Part shown: positions 58,757 to 64,000 of the stretch, in pieces
How the letters are laid out: each line of letters begins with the position of its first letter
Position numbering within the stretch: position 1 is the first letter of the stretch
NCBI GenBank assembly: GCA_024277705.1
Contig: JAJRUQ010000003.1
Location: 4,963 to 68,962 of the forward strand
Direction: 5' to 3'
DNA length: 64,000 bases
Source of the DNA: Gammaproteobacteria bacterium
GTDB lineage: Bacteria; Pseudomonadota; Gammaproteobacteria; SZUA-229
Position numbers and translations under genes: made by a program
The notes under the pieces: model-generated
Seen by the model: only the letters and a program-made list of their open reading frames with translations
The model's database searches: none
What the model was told of the DNA's origin: nothing

Positions 58757-58900
58757 CTGAGTATCATCAATGGTCGAATTTCAAACTATCATGCATCCAT
58801 GTGCGCTCAAATGCCGCGTCCATGCGGCATACGGTCACAGCAGGCACTTGCCATTTATATCTCTAAGTGTTGACGGCATATAGTGATTAGCCGCATTAAA

Positions 58901-59491
58901 TTAAATGCTTTTAACGGCTGGTAACACTGCTTTTTGCGGCTGCGGGCTAAGTACCTGTTTGCAGCTTCTGCAATAATACTGTCGCTGTTGGCGTTGTATC
59001 CGCTTATGCCTGATGCTGCCAATCTGATGCTCACCACAGGCGCAATAATAGCGAAACAGGGTTTGTTGTCTGCGGGGAATGCCGTCAAGATCATAGCTGG
59101 CGGTTACGCTGGCATCGGCGTTGAAAGCGGCCATTATCTGTTGCCATTCGCTGCCGTGCGGCTTGATGTTGCGCAAACCGTAGATAAGGTCGGTAACGTA
59201 ATGCGCGACCTCGTGCGGAATAGTGGTGGTGAAATTATCATCAAAATACTTTGCAAAAATAAACGGATTGTAGCGCAGTTCGCGTTTTATTTTTCGTTGC
59301 AACAAACCGCGTTGAGTATGTACTCGATACATACCGGCAGCGCGGCCTTTTAAATTAAACACGATCTCCACCGGTTTGAGTTGCAGTGCATAATGTTGTT
59401 CCGCGGTTTTGATATAAGCGCGTGTTTCTTTAATCACCTGTTGCTGTTGCTGTTCAGATAAAGGCGTGATAATGAAGGCTTGCCGGTTCAT
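58901..59491 (-). CDS. sprT: SprT family zinc metalloprotease
   Basis: HEVAHY zinc motif and a C-terminal Cys4 ribbon (CACGEH...CRSC). Confidence 0.85.
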   Translation of the reverse strand: MNRQAFIITPLSEQQQQQVIKETRAYIKTAEQHYALQLKPVEIVFNLKGRAAGMYRVHTQRGLLQRKIKRELRYNPFIFAKYFDDNFTTTIPHEVAHYVTDLIYGLRNIKPHGSEWQQIMAAFNADASVTASYDLDGIPRRQQTLFRYYCACGEHQIGSIRHKRIQRQQRQYYCRSCKQVLSPQPQKAVLPAVKSI

Positions 59492-59506
59492 AAAGGTGTC
59501 CGGTTT

Positions 59507-60070
59507 TTATGCTTTGGAAACAAATTCGCGGGTTTCGGTATTGATTTTAATTGTTTCTCCCGGGGTTAAATATTCCGGTACCTGCACCACCAGTCCGGTG
59601 GTCAGGGTTGCGGGCTTGGTTCTGGCAGAAGATGATGCCGCTTTCATTGCCGGGGCACATTCGCTTATTTCAAAGGTCATTTTTGCCGGCAGTTCGATGC
59701 CCAGTAGTTCGCCCTCGCTGATCAGTGCACTGACGCCTTCCAGGCCATCATAAAGCAAGGCGGCTTCATCTTCCAGCTGGTCGGCAGATAAAATAAACTG
59801 ATCGTAATTTTCACTGTCCATAAAAGTGTAAGTGTCGGCATCATGAAACAGCAGCTGGACGATACGGCGTGAAACATCAATCTGTCTGACCACCTCGTCA
59901 CCTTTGAAGCTACGCTCGAATTTTTGTCCGGAGCTGATATCGCTGCCAACGGTTTTATACAGGGTGCTGCCGCCACGGGAATGCGGTGACTGTACGAATA
60001 CACTTTTTATCAGGATTTTTTTATTGTCCTGTTCGATAACCATGCCTTTTTTGATTTCGTTTGCTTTCAT
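59507..60070 (-). CDS. yeiP: elongation factor P-like protein YeiP (EfpL)
   Basis: 187 aa with EF-P three-domain architecture. The loop SPHSRGGSTLYK carries Arg in place of the EF-P modified Lys. Confidence 0.85.
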   Translation of the reverse strand: MKANEIKKGMVIEQDNKKILIKSVFVQSPHSRGGSTLYKTVGSDISSGQKFERSFKGDEVVRQIDVSRRIVQLLFHDADTYTFMDSENYDQFILSADQLEDEAALLYDGLEGVSALISEGELLGIELPAKMTFEISECAPAMKAASSSARTKPATLTTGLVVQVPEYLTPGETIKINTETREFVSKA

Positions 60071-60122
60071 AATGTTAATATTTATATGTATTGGAGAATA
60101 AGTTGATTATGAGTGATTTTTG

Positions 60123-60536
60123 ATGCGGGTGAAACATTTAACGATACCGGATGCTGAAATAGTGATGACAGCGGTGCGCTCACAGGGGGCAGGCGGTCAG
60201 AACGTCAATAAGGTTGCTACCGCAATACATCTGAAATTTGATATTGTTGCCTCAAGTCTGCCGGCGGCCGTTAAGCAGCGTTTGCTTGCGCTTAACGATC
60301 AGCGGGTGACAAAAGAGGGAGTGTTTATTATAAAGTCCCAGCAAACACGAAGTCAGTTGAAAAATAAACAACAGGCGTTATTACGATTACGCGCCTTTAT
60401 CGCTCAGGCGCTTGCCGTAAGAAAAACCCGGAAGAAAACATTGCCAACCAAAGCGTCAAAAATAAGGCGCCTGAAGTCTAAAAACAAACGCAGTGAACTG
60501 AAAAAATCACGTAATAAAGTCGATCGCGAACACTGA
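60123..60536 (+). CDS. arfB: alternative ribosome-rescue factor ArfB (peptidyl-tRNA hydrolase YaeJ)
   Basis: GGQ motif in SQGAGGQNVNKV and a basic C-terminal tail. Confidence 0.92.
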   Translation: MRVKHLTIPDAEIVMTAVRSQGAGGQNVNKVATAIHLKFDIVASSLPAAVKQRLLALNDQRVTKEGVFIIKSQQTRSQLKNKQQALLRLRAFIAQALAVRKTRKKTLPTKASKIRRLKSKNKRSELKKSRNKVDREH

Positions 60537-60543
60537 ACGTTAC

Positions 60544-61341
60544 TCAGGTCTTTAAAAAACCTGAACCCAGATGATCGGTTTTATAAAGACTGGCCGGGAT
60601 TTTGTCCTTGATTTTTTCATGCAGCTCGGGCAGCAGAGACCAGTGCAGCCCCTGCTTGTGATGATGCGCTGTATGGTAACCAAGATTTCCCGTTAGAGTA
60701 TTATAAATAGGCGTCATGATATTATACGAGGCTTCAAAATCGTTATCGACATCCAGACCGGCGTGATGTGCGTAGGTTACCCAGGCAGTGAAAAACAGAC
60801 TGCTGATCATCGGAATCACAAAAACAAATAAAGCCGGTAACGGGCGATACCAGAGTAAAGCGGCAACAACTAAAACCGTTACCGAGGTTGCGATTAAAAA
60901 TACTTTCATCGGCCGCGGGTGTCTCTTGCCGACCAGATAGCCGCGGTAATAAGCGGTTAGCGTAACGTCCAGAGAGTATCGAAACCGGCCCATAATGTTG
61001 CCGTTTTTATCTTTCCAGCGGCTTTCATCTTTGGTCTGATCAAGGTAATGGTGGTGATGGCCTAACACATGGTGCAGCACCCACAGTTTTGATGTGGCGC
61101 CGGTTTGCAGGGCGTACATTTGCTCAAGTAGGTAATTGAGGTAGTTATATTTGAACGTAGGCGTGTGCTGGTGGTGGTGATTCCAGGCACAGATAACACC
61201 TTTTGGTGCAATCATAATCAGCCAGTAAGCGATTAGCAGCCAGATATTGTCGATCAGCAGATAGGCGAGGACATCAAGGGCAAAGAGTAAAGTGATAATT
61301 AAGACGGGTATTCGGTCTGCGCGGTATTTAAATAGAGTCAT
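60544..61341 (-). CDS. fatty acid desaturase family membrane di-iron protein
   Basis: Three histidine boxes (WNHHHQH, HHVLGHHHH, HTAHHH) and four TM helices. 265 aa. The substrate is unknown. Confidence 0.8.
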   Translation of the reverse strand: MTLFKYRADRIPVLIITLLFALDVLAYLLIDNIWLLIAYWLIMIAPKGVICAWNHHHQHTPTFKYNYLNYLLEQMYALQTGATSKLWVLHHVLGHHHHYLDQTKDESRWKDKNGNIMGRFRYSLDVTLTAYYRGYLVGKRHPRPMKVFLIATSVTVLVVAALLWYRPLPALFVFVIPMISSLFFTAWVTYAHHAGLDVDNDFEASYNIMTPIYNTLTGNLGYHTAHHHKQGLHWSLLPELHEKIKDKIPASLYKTDHLGSGFLKT

Positions 61342-61476
61342 GATGTAAATATAAATAAAAAAAGGAGCTAGCTTTCAGGCAGTAGATACTGCGGTTTGAA
61401 GCTGGTTACCGTATTACGTGGAAAAATGATTTACTGGATTATAGCAGAATCTTCTCAGGTAATTAATCAGCTATCT

Positions 61477-61908
61477 CTATTGACGTTGAAATGTCTGTTC
61501 TTTGTGGATAGAAAACCACTTAAGTAATTGATTTTTTATGTTTTTAACTTGATGGCTATGGTATGGAACAGCGCTAACCGCACCCCATACAGGGGCTGGC
61601 CAACAGGCATCCGTGGAAAATCGTGCAATATGGTGAATGTGTAGTTGCGGAACAATGTTGCCCAGGGACGCAATATTTAGTTTATCCGGTTGGAAAACCT
61701 GTTCCAGGCAGCGGCAGAAATACATTGATTCTGTCATTAACTGTTGCTGATCGTCACCGGATAACTGGTGTATTTCACTGATATTTTCACGCATGGGCAG
61801 TAAAATAAACCAGGGGTAATTGGCATCATTCAGTAACAGCAGTGAGCAAAGGCTGAACTCGCCGAGTACGATACAGTCCTGTTCCAGTTGCGGGTGTAGT
61901 TGTATCAT
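61477..61908 (-). CDS. HIT family protein
   Basis: Histidine-triad-like motif PQLHIHHIAR. 143 aa. Confidence 0.8.
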   Translation of the reverse strand: MIQLHPQLEQDCIVLGEFSLCSLLLLNDANYPWFILLPMRENISEIHQLSGDDQQQLMTESMYFCRCLEQVFQPDKLNIASLGNIVPQLHIHHIARFSTDACWPAPVWGAVSAVPYHSHQVKNIKNQLLKWFSIHKEQTFQRQ

Positions 61909-61977
61909 AAAGTAGGGTTATCGATAGTAATCAATGGACTAATATTGTGCGTAATAAAAAAATAACAGGCTTATTCT

Positions 61978-62718
61978 ATGGCTAACTGGTTAACTTGCAA
62001 AGTTATTAAAAAAATACAGTGGAATGAACGACTGTTCTCCTTGCGCATACAGAGTGATTTTCATGATTTTGAATCTGGCCAGTTTATTCGTGTAGCGCTG
62101 GATATTAACGGCGAGCGTATTGCCAGACCGTATTCGCTGGTGAATACAGCGGCAGATAACTATCTGGAAATATATTTTAATATTGTTCCTGAGGGTCCGT
62201 TATCACCAAAATTAGCGGAGCTGCAGCCGGGTGATGAAATCCTGGTCAGTGATAAAGCCAACGGCTTTTTAACCGTAAGCGAAATACCACCATGCAAACA
62301 TTTGTGGATGCTGGCGACAGGAACCGGTATCGGACCGTTTCTTTCCATCTTGAAAGCGGACAGTGCCTGGCAGCGTTTTGAGAAAATTGTACTGGGATAT
62401 TCGGTACGAGATCTTTCGGAGCTGTCGTACCGGGAGCAGATCGCAGCTATTAAAAAGCAACATGATAAGCAGTTTGTATTTGTACCGTTTATTACCCGTG
62501 AGAAAGTAGCAGGTATGATCAATCAACGTATCCCGGCCAGTATCGAAGATGCTTCTTTTGAGCAAAGCGCCGGCATAAAACTGGATGAAGACAGCCACAT
62601 TCTGATGTGTGGCAATTCCGCAATGATCAGTCGTGTGACAGAACTTTTGCTGGACCGTGGTTTAAGAAAACACCGCCGTCGTGAGCCGGGGCATATCACA
62701 ACAGAAAAGTACCATTAA
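61978..62718 (+). CDS. fpr: ferredoxin-NADP(+) reductase
   Basis: FAD motif RPYSL, NADP motif MLATGTGIGPF and a C-terminal aromatic residue (EKYH). Confidence 0.9.
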   Translation: MANWLTCKVIKKIQWNERLFSLRIQSDFHDFESGQFIRVALDINGERIARPYSLVNTAADNYLEIYFNIVPEGPLSPKLAELQPGDEILVSDKANGFLTVSEIPPCKHLWMLATGTGIGPFLSILKADSAWQRFEKIVLGYSVRDLSELSYREQIAAIKKQHDKQFVFVPFITREKVAGMINQRIPASIEDASFEQSAGIKLDEDSHILMCGNSAMISRVTELLLDRGLRKHRRREPGHITTEKYH

Positions 62719-62809
62719 AGGCAGTGAATAACTAACAGTGAATAATGCAAAATTAAACACCACGATGATGACTGCTTAAAGCTCATAATTCACTGCCATT
62801 TACTGTTCT

Positions 62810-63469
62810 TCAAATGTTCTCCTCAAGAAAATGTTTAAAATTGTGGGCATCAATAATTTGAGTGCCATCACAGTTAAACTGCATTCTGACAATGCCCTGT
62901 ACAATACAGATGGTTATATTACGTAAATAATATTCGTCAATATCACGAAGTTTGCCCACGGTAGAAAGGATGTTGGGAATATTTTCTGATTCCAGCGGTT
63001 TCCAGTGCTGCGAGCGTCTGTTCAGAATGTTTTTCCAGTAGCCGGGAATGTTCTGGTAATGTTCGCTGGCGCGTAAAGCAGCATACAGTTCGCGCATTAA
63101 GGCAATTTTACTGTCATAATCGATCTGCGGAAAATGGCGATTGATATAATCCTTGTCAGCAATTTTTTCCGCATCATGTATTTCCTGACGAAGCGGATCA
63201 AACACAGAATTTGTGCGTATTTCACCACTGTTGAAACCCACAAAAATCCGGTAAATACCGCGATTTAACATGATATCTTCCAGATTTGGCTCCAGTTTTT
63301 CAAACAGGCTGTCAACCTTGCTGTCATAACGTTTGCGCAGAGCAGCGCTTTCACGAAGAGACGGGTCACCTTTGATACCGATTAAAACCTGTTCAGAATT
63401 AAGTCCGGCGGCACTGACGATGCTTTCCTGCAGGATTAATGCTTCAATTTCTTCTTCGTTGTTTTCCAT
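62810..63469 (-). CDS. hypothetical protein
   Basis: 219-aa ORF with an acidic N-terminus and no motif I recognise. It is divergent from the ExeA-like ATPase gene. Confidence 0.55.
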   Translation of the reverse strand: MENNEEEIEALILQESIVSAAGLNSEQVLIGIKGDPSLRESAALRKRYDSKVDSLFEKLEPNLEDIMLNRGIYRIFVGFNSGEIRTNSVFDPLRQEIHDAEKIADKDYINRHFPQIDYDSKIALMRELYAALRASEHYQNIPGYWKNILNRRSQHWKPLESENIPNILSTVGKLRDIDEYYLRNITICIVQGIVRMQFNCDGTQIIDAHNFKHFLEENI

Positions 63470-63687
63470 GGTGTTCTCATCGTGGATTAATCAGGGGCAG
63501 ATACTAAAATTTTTATTGGTAACTTGATGAGTAAATATATGTAATATCATCAGGCAGCCACATAAATTGGCTATAATAGCTAAAAACTTATGACAAATTT
63601 ATGAAATTTAGCCCGATAAAGTGAAGTAAAGGTTACTTTTTTCCTGTAAATTTATGATTTTATTGGTATAACTGGTTTAAAAATATT

Positions 63688-64000
63688 ATGTATGAAGCGT
63701 TTTACGGTTTTAAGGAAAAACCGTTTTCAATGTTGCCTGACCCCGGGTTTTTATATTTAAGTAAAAAACATCAGGCAGCACTTACCTTGCTGGAATACGG
63801 GTTGATTAATCACGTCGGTTTTTGTGTGATTAGTGGTGAAGCGGGCACCGGAAAAACCACCATTTTACGGGCCTTGCTCGAACGTGTCGGCGATAGTGTT
63901 ACAGTCGGCATGATAACCAATACGCATCAGTCATTTGGTGGTCTGCTTGACTGGGTGTTATCAGTGTTTGATTTGCACCGGCCAAATTTAACGCATGTCG
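63688..64000 (+). CDS. ExeA/GspA-like AAA ATPase (PEP-CTERM/EPS-locus type), 5' partial at the window edge
   Basis: It is absent from the ORF track because the frame stays open to the window end. It translates as MYEAFYGFKEKPFSMLPDPGFLYLSKKHQAALTLLEYG...ISGEAGTGKTT (Walker A). Confidence 0.8.
   Translation, partial: MYEAFYGFKEKPFSMLPDPGFLYLSKKHQAALTLLEYGLINHVGFCVISGEAGTGKTTILRALLERVGDSVTVGMITNTHQSFGGLLDWVLSVFDLHRPNLTHV

Overview
The window looks like chromosomal DNA from a gammaproteobacterium-like organism and appears moderately AT-rich by eye. Most of it is conserved housekeeping genes: def-fmt-rsmB-trkA-trkH, an lpxL-like gene, ttcA, cbpAM, dtd, hisBHAFIE, tatABC, selO, gpmI, msrA, can, slyD, sprT, yeiP, arfB and fpr. 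Several short accessory or regulatory patches sit between them.

Main points:
1. A two-component pair (histidine kinase plus a sigma-54 enhancer-binding regulator) faces a consensus -24/-12 promoter. Two palindromic upstream sites lie in the same spacer. The promoter drives an SLC13/TrkA-C permease operon in which two paralogous small proteins flank the permease.
2. An RsmY/Z/CsrB-like small RNA lies on the minus strand. It has 10 GGA motifs in about 185 nt, a GacA-box-like palindrome upstream and an intrinsic terminator.
3. Two small secreted proteins carry PEP-CTERM-type (VPxPAAVWLF...RR) sorting tails, and each gene is preceded by a sigma-54-type promoter. A degraded third sorting tail lies on the opposite strand. 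An ExeA-like ATPase typical of PEP-CTERM/EPS loci begins at the right edge.
4. A compact group II intron encodes an RT/maturase without an endonuclease domain. It is inserted directly after the intrinsic terminator of a PEP-CTERM gene, which is class C behaviour.
5. Three genes are interrupted by single in-frame stop codons: ttcA, a lipoprotein/seven-repeat propeller gene, and a truncated autotransporter-like fragment.
6. An intergenic composite-hairpin repeat family is present in one full and one partial copy.
7. Several uncharacterised secreted or outer-membrane proteins are present, including a 788-aa protein with a large internal duplication.

I saw no CRISPR array, rRNA, tRNA, prophage or transposase. 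All homology calls rest on motifs read from the translations; no database search was run.
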